DNA from: Daphnia carinata
Taxonomy: Eukaryota
Direction of reading: 5' to 3'
DNA length: 64,000 bases
Assembly (NCBI RefSeq): GCF_022539665.2
Contig: NC_081331.1
Coordinates: 4,154,001-4,218,000, forward strand
The position numbers and the translations under genes are program-made. A model generated the notes under the pieces. It worked only from the letters and a program-made list of their open reading frames with translations, searched no databases and was not told the DNA's origin. Every line of letters begins with the position of its first letter. Position 1 is the first letter of the stretch. This document shows positions 49,256-63,100 of this stretch, piece after piece.

Positions 49256-52200
49256 TTACTTAACAATTAAGCGTGAAAGATAGGAATTGGAGTATAATAA
49301 AGGGACCAGATTTTGAAGCAGCTTTATACCATCAGGTTTGACCGATTTCAAGGCTTCCAAGGCACTTTCCACAGCGGGCTTGCAGTCTGCATTATGACGA
49401 TTCATTCTCCATCTGCTCTCTAGCTGATCCAGAGCTGTTGTAGATTGCTGCAAGTAACACAACATAACGTGAGCCAAACAGCGACCCCTATCAAGAAGTT
49501 AAAAAAAAAAGAGGGTACAGTTTCCAGACTACAACTGAATAAGAAAACGAAAAATGTTTAATACTTAGATGACAGTCTGGGTGCTTTACCCAGGCCAATT
49601 GTTGATAACCAACTTTTGTTTTCTTCAGTCCAGGAACCGAGCAGTTCACACCATTCTGTGTTCACAGCTGTCTTTTTAGGACTGGGATTTGGCGAGGTAA
49701 GATTCCAAAGAGTTAGGAGTCTTTCGTACACAAAACAGAGCTTTGGCTCAATTGCTTCGCTGTATTTTTTTTCATTCAGAAAAAGACAAAATCATTGAGT
49801 TGATTTTTAAAAAATGTAAAAAGCTTTCTACCAAAAGTACCTCAATGAAAGTGCCTTGCAGTTCGAGAGCATCTGTTCCAAAAGGTATGGCCCGTCTGCT
49901 GGATCGGGTTTCTCTTGGTTGCTAACAAGACAATACCAACTCAAAATGCAGCCTTGTTGCCAGGAAACTGCCGCCAACTCTTTTGAACCTCCGATTGGAA
50001 GTAAATCAAAAATAACAGAACGTGTGCCCTCAAATTGTTCCAAGGCAGATTCTAGCACGGCAGCCATTCGTTTTTGGCCATCCTGACCACCACCACCACC
50101 ATTTACAACGGTAATCACTCGCAGAACATTTTCCACTAAAGCCGCATTGACAGGATAGCAGTTCATCCTCTGACACAGGCAGTTTTGAAGGGTATCAGCG
50201 ATGGGACTAGAGCTCGATATGGTAACCGTTAGATATTCATGAATGTCATTCCTGTATTCCGCCGAGTGGGTGTTTTTGCATATGAAATCCAGTAAATTTC
50301 CAATAGCATTAGAAATAGCTCTAGGGTGTTGCTGAATGAGAGACCGATGTCGAGAGACGGTCAAAGCGATCAGACGGATCCAAGAACGAACGAATATTTG
50401 CCGCTTGGGCGAATTGCGAATGTGATCGGTTGACTGCAAATGGTGGCTACTGGCCGCTTGTAACAAACTGCCCACAAAATACCGTATAAAAATAATGTGA
50501 TTCATTAAAGGAAAAATAAAACAATACCGAAACACCAGAGGATCATTGGAACTGCACGGTGTTTCTTGTCGCTCCAAGTAGGGTTGTAAAATGAAAAGTG
50601 GATCACAAGTTGAGATGTACCAATTCAATACTTGATCATAGACACTAACGTCTATGAATTGCCACGGATATGCGCAAGCTTCATCTAGGATACGTTTCAT
50701 CATGGGATTCTAGCAACAGTTGAAACCGGCAAACGATTAAACAGCAAGCCACGCAAATTGCAATTTAAATACTGCGTACCTGTTGAGCCGTTGGTTCACT
50801 AGCCAACCGAACATGTAGGTGCAGTAAGCAGGCTAACAATCTCGAAGATGTTGTCGGCTGTGAGTTACAGTGGGCAATCAGTGTAGATAAGCAGCAACGG
50901 ACGAAAACATTGACTAGGAAGGAATGCACTTCGGGCAAGAACTGCCCTGCTACACGGACTAATTGCTCCAAATCGTTCAATGACGGAACAAATGATTGCC
51001 AGGGTAACGTATCCAGTGCTTGGTGGATTACCTTTCCAGACATACGTTGACATTTTTAGAATTTTACATCATAATTCTACAATATGAAATTGGTAGTACC
51101 TTAAGTATGTGCAGTTTGATTGCTGTATGGCAAAATCCTTGCAAATAGAAGGTCAATATGTGAGATAAGATACTCTGCTGAGCAGGAAGCGTCTCGTGAA
51201 TAAATGTGGTACAGTGGGTAAGAGAAGAAGCCATGAGTGATGCTAAACCACTATCGGCGGCAATCCATGGCAGTAAAACTTTACAGTCAGACAAGGCGTG
51301 TTGAATCCAGGCGGCGCAATTGGAGTTCACCTGCTGTTGGGTGTAGGGAAGTATCCAAGGGGAATAAAGGTCCCGAATAGCAGTCCAGAGCTGCCCAACC
51401 ACTGAAAATAACCAATCAACGTTATAAATGACAATGATAAATTCCGTAAAAACTAGGTATTCGAAACTGTTGCATTACGCAAATCGGAAGCTGTTCCATT
51501 GTCATTCTGTAATGTGGTAAAACACAATCCATGGCCGATTGTCAGTAGGAAGCAGGCGATAACATGGATATAAGGCCGATACTTTGGATACAATCCATAA
51601 AGACCATGGAGTTGTCGTTCCGTGGAAAAGTGTTGAGACATTAAAATTACTGTTTCCATCATCTGAAAACCACAGAATGATTAGTTTACAAAACTAACTT
51701 AACACAAACGAAATTGTAACAACAAAGCGGTCAATACAAGAAGGAAAATTTTAAAACAAAAGTGCAATTAAACGAGTTATTGAAACCCATTAAAAAGTTG
51801 ACTGTTAAAAACATTAATTACTTTATTAGCAGCCAATAACGTCTGCTGGGTGGTGTATTGCAAAACTTGTTGAAGAAATTCCTCCATGCTTAACTCCGGC
51901 TGAAGACGGAGCCATCCCTGACCAAGGGTATTAATCGTATCGCACCAAACTACAGGACTGCAACTTTGGGCCTCGCTAGCTTTTAGCAAATGGTGTAGGA
52001 AGTGATTGTATTGCTCCGGGAAATTTTGTGACAGTATTAGTTGTAAATGACGTCGTAGGACCTTTCGTCGTAATTAACATTATAATTAATGCTTCAAAAA
52101 ATCAATTTAAAAAAATTTAAAGAACTTAGACTGACTTCGTGAACTGCCAGTGCTCTTTCAACTGGCTGCGGACCGTAACTATCCAAGGCAGCAAAGACAA

Positions 52201-55200
52201 TTTCCAACAATTTTAAGCGATCGTGAGGCCAACACTCTGCGCAGTTCAACCACCATCGGACATCGAACTGAAAAATCGAGGTAAAAAAAATAATAAAACA
52301 AATGTGATCATTGATCATCTTCTTGCAATCTGTACTACAGGATACCTTGGTAAGAAGGACGAGAACAAGGTCACTATCTTGCTTAGAGAGACCTATGACT
52401 AGCCGATACGAGTCCAAAAACGCGTTGACGGAGGCACTGGAAGGATCAGGTGTCGATGGAGTGAAATGCGGTGCCACTAGACCAGCCAAATTAGAATTGC
52501 TGCTTAACAATCCTACGAGGTTTCGGCATTGTTCAGGATGTCCGGCAATGCAATGCTGACCTGTAAGCCAGTACACACATTAGAACAGATAAATTTAGGC
52601 AAATTCAGTATTATAATTATTTTTGTTTTGTTTTTTACCTAATCGTTCAAGACAAGTAGAAAGCAACTGTTTGGTAGGTAAATAATTGTTACTCTCTTCA
52701 CCGACAAGCTCAACCAAGATGTAAAAGAGAGCTGCTCCAATTTCTAGCACGTTCGGATCCGAAGAACCTTGGATTTGATCAACACAGTCTTCGATAAGAA
52801 GAGCGGCCACACAAAGCCACTGGACATTGGCATCTTGAAAGGCCGAATGTAGCCGAGTTGCTTCTTGTCTATTGGTATCTAACTGTTTACGAACGGAGGT
52901 ATTGAGTCTCCAAGGCTCGCAACTCAGTTTTATTACAGCGGATCCGCTACAAGCTCCTGACTGTGTTCCATCACACTTGACAGTCATTGTCCGTTCGGAC
53001 CGGTAGGGGCAATAGAGTTCTGTTAACAGCTCGGAATAGTGACAGTCAAGGGACGTCAATTCAGCCATCCGTCGATTGAATTGATCTGCACAGTCTATTA
53101 TAACTTGAAGGTGCGGATTTATTTGTAGGCGAAAATCACTGGCATTTCTGAAAGCCGTTAAGAACAGTCTGGAAAACGGAAGCTGCAGTGCCACCTGAGT
53201 TAAAAGGATGGGAGTCGGATAGGTTTGCAGTCTTGTATACAACGTGTCTTTTTGAGGATGTAGCGATCCCATTGATTTCTGTTGGACAACTGTTGGCGAA
53301 GTAATGTTTCTCTCCTTATTCCATGATTCTCTTAGTTCTTGGCGATCTGCGTGAATGGCGTTCAAGTCGCATAGGTCTATCCATAAATCGGAGCCTTGAA
53401 AGAGTTGGAGCAGTCGTGCCGGATGGTAATTTGGTGCTAAAGATGGCAAATAAACATGAGGTTCTAGTAATTTGACATCTTCCACCCAAAGACAGCAACT
53501 TTGCAAAAAACCGGAATGCACAAAGTTGTTCTGAAATTTGTTTGCACCTTCTTCCCACTTCAGAACGAGACGTTTCAATAAGGAAGAAAATGTGGACGAA
53601 TTCGTCATGATCCGTTGACCGATGGCCCAGCTATCAGTGCCAATTTCCGTTGCTTCTGTACGAGCAAAATATAGGCTGAAGAAACGTTGGATGATTACCG
53701 GCAAAAGTGGGTGGTCTGAATTCAGTTCCAATGCCATTTGTGCGTAGCGGATCAAACAAAGCTGATGGACACCAATGCACGGAATTTTAAGAAATCCTGT
53801 AATGGATTTCAAAGCTTGTTCGATGCTTTTCACTTTTCCCGGTTGCAATTCGATGATAAGATGTTGCCACAATTTCGACTGGCGTTCCATCTCCATTTCT
53901 AAGACCATCCATGACAGATACGGCAGCGAAGGGGTGGGTGAAATCAATTCGGTTGCATCCAAATGACCAAGGGCCTCAGATGATCCACTCACCCAATTAC
54001 CCACGCGTGACACAAGACCTTTGGACGGCCGGTGAACTTTACTTGATTCTTGGAGAATGATGGATAATATTTGACTAAAACTTTGGCTATCAGAAGGATT
54101 CGCCCAAGCGATTCGAGCCAATATGTCGAGAAGATAAAGCACACTTTTGTCGACATTCCATTTGGGTAGCCTGCTGAGCAAATTTAGCCAAATCTCAAGT
54201 ACAGGTGTGGCTCCAGGCAACTTGAACCTGAATCCAATGAAACAATCAACAACTTTACATTAATTCACTTTTGCTGTATCTCTAACTACTAACCCATTCA
54301 GCTTCCAAACAGTGTTTTCGATTAAGGACGCCATCATTTTGAGGACTACTCCAGGAAATTGGGGTGCCAACAAGTTTTTTGCCCTCTTGTAGTAAGTCAG
54401 ATCAGCCTGTATTAGACGTTGGAAGATTTCTAGCAATTTAGGTTGATCGTAGAGTACATCAGGGCATGTGACTATAAGGGGGAACAAATGGTTCAGGAAG
54501 GCGACGACTGGCCGATACTGATCGGCGATACTCAAAATGTACAAGAGATCCAAGCCAACCGAACAAAGTTCCGGGACACTATGCCCGGCATTCGTCATGG
54601 AGAGCGCTATGAAGCAGCTGAAAGGTGTGGGATGTGGTTGGCGCAAAATCGACAATTGTGGATCATCTTGCAGTTGCCGTACGTTGCGGAACGCCTGTTG
54701 TGGATTGTGCAGCATCCATACGAGATGATCAGGAAAGCAGTCAAACGTATGCAGGCGGAGTTTGAGAGCCAAATGCCAGGCCCATTGGACCAAACTCGAA
54801 GAATTCCACGAACGTGAAAAGCTGGAAAGAAACTGTACAGAATCAGCCAGAAAGTTTGATGCCAATACTGGAACGGCTGAAGGGACTGGAAGCCTGCCAT
54901 GAATGGCTACAACTTCTGTCAGCAATAAAGCCGTCTGCTGATGGAAAGATGTTCCCAGGAAAGGACGTTTAGGGTTGTCTTCTAAGGCCCAGTTCAAACG
55001 AGTCAGCACTGTGACGGAAAGCTGATGACGGACGGAATCCAGAGCATCATTTAGCAACCAATTTCGTAATAACTGGAAGTCCTTAGTGGTAGGTTTCCAC
55101 CGATGTAAAGGTAAATCTTTGAACAACGCTAATGAAGCGGTAGGTACCAATTGCTGGACCTCCAACCGTTGCAAGACGAACGAAACAAGTGGCGGAAAAC

Positions 55201-57467
55201 GACTGATGATAGTGACTAACAATTCTGCAGCTGTTTTGAAACAAACTTCTCTGGTGAGTTGATTTAACAACCCGAGTTCGGTTAGTTCCCAGGCGACTAG
55301 TTGTAGAAAACAATTATCAGACGAGGTGGAGCCGTCGCTGGCCATTTCTGCCAGAGTCACCAGAAAGACGAACCGGTCTGGTTCAGGGAGTTGAACCAAT
55401 TTCGTGTTTAGAAGGTTCCAAAAGGCATCGGAGTGGAACGAATCGAGGGTATCAATCTCAATAGGCTCGCCAATAATCTCAGAGTGCCATCGCAACCAGA
55501 ACTCGAATCTTAGTCTCGGAGTCAGTCCACTTAGCGGAATTCGACTTAGAAGCTGCCACGATCGTTGCTGCCTTGTTCGGATCAATAAGGATATTCCTTC
55601 TAGAAATAAATGTTCGTATTCCCTCAATAATCGTTCTCCCATAGACGTCACAAACGCTTTTTGCTCTTGCCAAATGTCTGATAGATTGCAAACAGTATGT
55701 AAAATCAGTTGCCCAAATTTTTTTGCAAGATTCTTGTAGCGTTTTCCTTGATAGGTTTTCATTCCGGAGTCGAACATTTTCAGCAGATGGCGGCAAATGG
55801 CGAACGCGCGGAGCCATTCGCTAGCTTCAAGTAAACCGGTAGAGACGTCCATTTCATCTTGTTGTCGTAGCCGAAAGGCAAAACGGAAAACATTGGCCAA
55901 TGGAATTTGATTAAGTAATGACAACAGGTCATCATCTGTCAAGTTCATCACAGACGTTTCATTACCACTGCATTCATCTTCACCCTCTGAATCCAGCCAT
56001 ACCCAATGGCTGTCCTGGTCGGGATCAACCCAGCTTTGAAGAAATTCTTGGCGGCTTCGAACCGGCTGACACAGGATGGACAGTAAGGCTAATACGACAT
56101 CGACGTGATGAATGTTTGTGCCATGTCGGTCTTCGAACGGATCATAAAAAGGTGCTTGCACGTACGGACTTCCCCATCGAGCCAATCCAGTTGGGCAGCG
56201 CACGGCGTGATGAGCAAGGAAAATATAGTCTTCTTTTCTAGCTCGTTTCAATAAAGAAACGGCAACGTAATTTAACCAGGATTTCAGGTGATCGACGAAC
56301 ATTTTATCTTTGACTGGTCGTCGCAGAAAGGCAAAAAGAACCGAAATGGAACCATGTTCACTGTGTTGGCTGCTCTGGCAAATTAACCAATCAACTCGTA
56401 GCCTCCATAAATGAGATTCGTAGACACTTAAAACTAACTTTTCTTGAATTTTTTCACGTTGTTGCTGTAACTGCCGTATGAGCTGAAGGGAGGACTTCTC
56501 ATTGAGATGGGCCACAGGAAAATCGTAGTGCGCCTTGACTCGCTTGCTGTCGGCGCAATCGCCATATTCAGTCATTCTTCTGGTTTCTGATGTCCACAGC
56601 TGAGATGTCAAAGCTTCAACATCTCGATTAAATTGCTCAAGTTCTTCTAAATTGCTTTTTAACATAAGGCGAGAGCGCAAAAAGTATGTTAGGCTTTCAT
56701 ATAAGGGATGCGTTTCTAAATTTTTTCGACAGTCAAGAAAACTTTCTACCACAGCCAATTCGCCCAATAATAAACGGTTTTCATAAAAGGAAACCAGCTG
56801 CTCTGCAGCAAATGGCTTTAAATTAATGAATTCTTGTTGCTTGGAAACAGCTTGATTGATACTGTTTTCAAATGACTGTGGAAATACAATGTTTGCTGCC
56901 TTTTCTTCAATAGGTAGTTCAAAGTTGAATTCCAAGGTACCACCCAACATGCTAGGAGCTGGTGCAGAGGGAATTTCTGGCTTAATTTTTTGTGGTTCAA
57001 TTGAAAATTCCCTCAATTGTTCACGAATAGAATTTTCACACATGGGAGCTTCTTGCAATTTAGAACCTTCTTGTGACAACACCACTCCATTTTCTTGTTT
57101 AGCAAACACAAGTTCAGGTCCATTTTCAGATAACTTCACTTCATCTTCAACTAAGTGGTTTGGGATAGATTTAGCTGTGATGTTTTTATGACTTTCTGTT
57201 GTGATTGATGTATCCTGTTGGATTTCATCTTCTATGCTTGGCAAAATGGTTACTTGTTCATTTGTAATGCCACTCTTAGTCACTGAACAGCTTGGCTGGT
57301 TTTCAGTATTTACTATTTCTGAGAAGGGCTCAGCATGTTCAACCTGAAGGGCAATGAAGCCAATAAAATGTCAATGATGAAAATGAAATTACTGGAAAAC
57401 TTACCAATATCTCCTTTATCTTAGGTTTCCCTTTTTTCTTGCTCTTTGGGCGTACTGCTTCAGCCAT
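49256..57467 (-). CDS. EPG5: Ectopic P-granules autophagy protein 5 homolog (multi-exon)
   Basis: Starts MAEAVRPKSKK; very large helical protein with HPLYESLTYFLRSRL, WVWLDSEGEDE, LHGLYGLYPKYRPY, LYSPWILP blocks characteristic of EPG5; 1007-aa and 541-aa exon ORFs. Confidence 0.92.
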
Positions 57468-57958
57468 GGCTTTTGGTTAGCCAATACAGTATATGCCTAT
57501 AGATTTTGGTCAACTGAAAATGACGCACAATAAAAAATTGAACAATAATCTTCACCTTATCTCTCGAACCAGATTCCAGGACGGGACTTCTGTTTTGATA
57601 CTACGGGTGTTTCTTGAGGCACGATAGAAGCCCATACTCACCGATCATCCATACTAGATTAGCAGGCTTTCACTTCAAGATTCCAGTTCCAGACAATCCG
57701 GAGTTCCAGTTCCAGGATAGCACCCCTGCAGTAGTAGGCAGAGGCCGGGAATCAAGGGCTGCCGACCACAATCTCCATAGGCGGTATTTACGGGCCACAT
57801 AATGAAAGCTACGGCACTATGACTGAACATAAGAAAACGTTAATTAAAGAAAATGCGCATAATTTTTTGTTTTCTCGCAGTTTTATTTAAATCAACGAAA
57901 TTTCTGCTATAACCTACGCCGTGTACGTTTTCAACCAAAAAATAAAACGTCGTACCAA

Positions 57959-60900
57959 TCATAAAAACGATGGGGGGAGTTTCAGTGGCGCGTTATAATA
58001 CTGAATCACGTACAGCTGAGTGGTATTGATTATTTCATCTATTGCATGTTTCCATGAATCACTTTGCCCAATGGACTTCCTAAATATAAGCGATTCGTTT
58101 AAAATACATGTAGTGATGGAGCATTTAAAAACCACAAGCATACCTTTTTAAGAAAAGAATAATGGGTTCAATCTTGTGCAATTCTTTATTATTTACCAAA
58201 CTTGCAAAGAACTTCGAGACGGCCTCGCAATCCTCATTTTCAGGGCTATCACTTGACGAGAACCATTCCAGCAACAGCTGCCGAATTTCCGGCAACGTAG
58301 AAGCGCCACTCAAAGTTAATTCTTCTTTTGGTGCATCAAGAGGTGTTGCATCTATTACTACCTTCTGGGTAAGCTATAAATAATTAATCTTTACGGATGC
58401 AAAATAAAAAACGTTATCACCTCCTGAGCTACTGCAACCGGAATTGGAATGGTAGATTGAACTTTTGCTTTCGGTATTTCTTGGAATTTGGTCTTTCGTT
58501 TGGTTTCAGCTTTTGACTTCCCGTTTACAATTTTTCCAGCAGCTTTAACAGGAGATCGTTGAGGCTTGAATATACTTTTCCAGCCCTTGATTGGGGAAGT
58601 TGTTTCCAATTTGCGTTGCTGGATGTCTCTTTCTATTTCAATTCTGATGTCGTCTGGCAATGCCGACCAGTAACTGGCGTCGATGTCCGTGATCTCTTCG
58701 ATTCCATCGTACGATACAGGCTTTTCTGACAGTGAAGTACCAGAAGATTTCACTGATTCTTTGGTTACAGAAGAGCCAAGGGCTGTTTCGGTTTTCGACG
58801 TTCCGGCTACAGGTTTTGCGAAGTTTTTTGTGGGACTTTTCGCAACGCTTAAAGTAACTCCTTTTCGTCGATATTCTTGAATAATGTCATTTTTCAAATC
58901 ATCGGGAAGTTCGTTAAAGACGGTAGAATCTATCTGAGAAGCAGCAAAGGAAGTAGCATTTCCCGCTTCAGCTTTCGATGGTCCTGCTACAGGTGCTGGA
59001 GAGTTTTTCGTAGGACTTTTCACTCCGCTTAATGCAATTCCCTGTTTTTGATATTCTTGAATAATGTCGGCTTTCAAATCATTCGGAAGTTGGTCAAGAA
59101 CATTAGGATCAATCTGAGAAAATGAAGGAAGCTCGAAGCGCGCGTTGTCATTTGCACTTTTTCCACCTTCTTGTTTTCTATCTGATTCCGTTTTCTCATT
59201 GTCAGGTTCCTCTGCATAGGGGTTTGGTGTTATAAAATTTTCTGAGAGAACTGTTTTTACAATGTCTTCTGGCGGAACGGTTGTTATAGGATTTTCCGAT
59301 GGAACTACTTTGGAACGTGCAACAAAGGATAATAAGGAATTCTGTTTCGGTTGTTTGCCTTTTGATACATTATCAGCTACAAGTTTGCTAAACTGTATAC
59401 CCATTCCGCGTAACTCACGGCAATCAACTGTAAGATGACAACTGGGTTTAGTTATGGTATGGGTAATATTTATAATTAGAAAAAAAGGCACCTTTGAGTT
59501 GCTTTAGAAGAATTTGAACCTCCTTTTCTATGATCTTGGTTTCGCGAGTGGCTGTAACCAACGTTGTTGATCGCGAAATGCTATCGCACACTCCATGGCC
59601 CATAAATTTAGCCGTCTCGACTGGAGCATCCTTTGCGCGAATTTTAAGTTTTAACGTCAAGAGTCGTCCTCTGACCTGAGGGAACATTTGTTATTGAAAT
59701 AATTCAAAATACAGAATACTAGATACTTGCGTGAATTTCTTCCATTCTTTTGGAAACTTCAGACGATAGCTCTTGAACGAATTTGTGCATTTCCTGGTCA
59801 TTTGCAAAACGCATCCCATAGTTTATATCTGCAGAAATGGATTTTCGGATGTGCTCTGTCTATGAAGTTTATTTTTTGATTACAATGATTTCAAATGAAC
59901 CAAAACAGAAAAAGGTAGCAAAAGAACAAATTACCTTTAGGCTGCGCTTATCTTCTCCTCGGCACATAAAATACAAGGTTTGCCCTTGCTTTTGGCCGAA
60001 TTCTTGTTGAAGCTTTCCCAAGGTAACCTGGAATTGAAGAAAAACCATGATAATATTGGAATTTTCACATTTCTGTGTCAATATCCACCTGCTGCATCTC
60101 AAGACAGGTATTGACGCCCAAGGCATGAAACCGATGGGCCATAGATCTTCCGACACCCGGTAAGTCTTCAATCTTGTGACTTTTCATAAATTCAACCATT
60201 TCTTCTTTCTGAATATAAAATAGTCCATTTGGCTTCGCTTTTTTTGTTGCGAGTCTAGCCATAAGCATATTAGGGCCCATTCCGACAGAGGCGTTACACC
60301 GAGTTTTGCTGAAGATAACTTCTTTCAGGTGCGTTGCAAAGTCTGCTGGTGAAAGTCCACTTTGTCGCAAAACTGTCGTGATGTCGGCATACAACTCATC
60401 ACAACTGACGGCTTCAATGTCCAAGGTGTAGGAAGACACAGTATTGTACAGTAATGTGGACACCTGTCAATGCGGAAGAATTGGTTGAATTGGCTAAAAG
60501 ATGAATTCTCTATGATATCACCATACTTCTTTATATCCTTCAAAATCATAAGGAATCGCGACGAGAGATGGGCATAACTTCAAGGCTGCTCCCATGAACA
60601 TTCCGTTATAAATGCCAGCCGCGCGAGCTTCGTAGCTACATGAAGCGATTTCAGACATGGAGCATGATTCGTCCAAGTCCTGAAGTCGAGGAAATACATC
60701 CGTAAGACCAGCTTCCGTTTCGTCTGTATTTTTATTCTCGGAGAATTTAGATTTCTTAATCCAGTGTTCCTTATAGCACTCGAATTCATATTCCCGATTA
60801 CTGCCTTCGCGTCTTGGAAGTGGCTTGGAATCAGCTTTTGCATGGGTCACGACGACTGGTTTGCCCACCAGGGACGGATGGTTCCGCAGCCCAACCGAAA

Positions 60901-61830
60901 CAAAGAAGCAATCCATATCAATATGCATGAACACAGTCTCTTCGTTTTTATGGCTCCCTTGATACCCAGATGTCTTTTTCCAATTTTCGATGTTTTCTAT
61001 TCCTTCATTCAGAAATTCCATAATAGAACGAAACAGTCCCTTTAAAATAAGGATGGACAAACTGTACCTGGGAAAACTCCATTATTTTTTTCACGTAACT
61101 CTGTGACATGCCGTTTGAACAAAGCTCCCATGGTAGAAATGTGATGGAGTCTTGACCGTTTGTAAAATTCAGACAAAAAATCGTCTTCTCCCGCGCGTTT
61201 CATTTCTCTTGATTGCCTACTATCACCAGTTGGTGTATCTTTTTCAGGTGAATCTGTAACCACTGTCCTTTCACTTCTATTTTGACAGTGGGTGACACCT
61301 TCTTTCTTCGCCATTGAAACAATGCCCAGCTTTTGTTGTCCTTTATCTAATGTTAGTCCAGTATAGAGCAGGTATGGTTTCAAATCTAATAATGAGTTTG
61401 CTTTCACAGAATCAAGAATCCATTCAGGCTTAACAAATTTTTCATCCCCTTTAAGTTTCTTGATTTTAGCATCACATAAGTTGGAGGCAATTATGTGGGT
61501 GGTAGTTCGGGAATTATAATAATGATGATAAATACCCCCATGTGCTAACATTATGCGTTTCAGTTCTTCAGCAGTTGGATTGGTATAACCATTTACAAAA
61601 ATGGCAACATTCAAAAATATGTTGCTTAATTTTTCATCTTCATTCTCTTCATTAAACTTCTCATTCAAATATTGATTTTCCAGTTTTGATATTTTGGCTG
61701 CCATATAGCCTCCCTGCAATAGGAAGTAAAAGTACTAATACTAAAGTTATACTTTTGAATATAATTGCCTTCTCACCCTGTCTGCAAATCCATTATCATC
61801 CCCTAATTTTCTTTTTCCTCTTCCAGCCAT
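57959..61830 (-). CDS. REV1: DNA repair protein REV1 (Y-family deoxycytidyl transferase)
   Basis: GGYMAAKISKL; BRCT (IFVNGYTNPT...TTHIIASNL...VKPEWILDS); FYKRSRLHHIST; MHIDMDCFFVSV; EIASCSYEAR; EAVSCDE; DLPGVG; KFMGHGVCD; UBM repeats; C-terminal domain. Confidence 0.98.
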
Positions 61831-62599
61831 TGCTGGAAAAACGTAATCTTAAACCAAAGAACTATGAATTACGTTGAAAACACTGTTTATTAAGGTACAT
61901 AGCTTTCGCCAAATCTGACTTAATATTTGAACTCAAAGTTCAATAAAAGACGTAATTATTTTACATTTCACGTGGTTTTGGCGGTCACGTCCACGAGACG
62001 TCTGTTTATTTTATTCGTTTTTTCAAAAATGTCTACTAGGGGGCCAGTAAAGAAAACATTGCCGAGTTTGCTAATTAAATCCATTATCGCCAAAATCTGC
62101 CAAAATTACAAATACAGAAAACTATTTATTCTGTTCAACCTTAAAAATATCTAGATATTGCCATGAAATAGTGGATAATAAAAGTATGGTTTGCTGGTAT
62201 ATTAGAAAAAATGTTAAATCTATTATTTAGAGTCACTGCTCACTGGGTCATTAAGTCTTCAATTTTTTATGAGCATGGAGAGTTGTAAACTTTCGGGCAT
62301 TTGGTTCGTCGTGACTGTTACCTGATCTGAGTAGAAAACCTTATTCTAGCGATATAAATTATTGTTAAGAATAGACAATTATTGCAAAAATCATTTGCAC
62401 CCTTTTTCTTTTCTATTCACGTCATATAAAATGGTCTAGGGTAAGGAAAAATAATTCAATTGTTTTCGAAATTGTCGTAATTCACACTGTGAGGCGGAGA
62501 GGCATCATGCGGCCTTGTGGAGTAGAATCCTTAGGAAGACCGAAAAATTGCGAGGACTAGACGGAGGACTAATTTTGGTATAAAATTGTTGTAAACAAT

Positions 62600-63100
62600 A
62601 CCTTTCGTCCAACAGGATGGAACTCGAAATCTTTCGACGGGGCTTCTCCAGTCAGTCTTGTCCCAACTGCCTAATGAAAAGCGATTGTCAATCATAGCCA
62701 CTGTGTAAATCTTCTGCGATAAGATTGTACTTCATCGTAAGGTATAAGCTGTTTCTGGAAGCAAACGTACACTTTACCCAGAAATCGTTGTTTTATCAGA
62801 GGAAAGCTTTTGGGATTGTTTCGACATTCCATATCGCTGTACGGCCTGCAGATAAATCACAAAAGGAAATCCCAACAACATACCCACAAAAGGCGGAAAA
62901 GAAAAAGGTCGTTGCTTGGTTTGCATCGCGTTACACAACGAGAAAAATACGTAAAAATATTGCAAAAGTACATCCATGTCGACATGTTTGGAACACGTCA
63001 TTCGACGAAGTGTGGTTTAAAAACAGAAAAAAGGCGTCATTGTGGGGACATTATGTTACGATATGTTAAAAAATGATTTCAAGTTCTGCTATCTTGCTAG
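62600..63100 (+). pseudogene. Alpha-1,3-fucosyltransferase pseudogene fragment
   Basis: RMELEIF.., KKKVVAWFASR, REKYVKILQKYIHVDMFG, ...FKF in shifting frames; homologous to 32586-33806; breaks off at the catalytic motif. Confidence 0.8.

Noticed and set aside
57614..57802. Short ORF and TTCCAGTTCCAG direct repeat between EPG5 and REV1
   Set aside because: Non-ATG start, no recognisable homology; likely promoter/UTR sequence.
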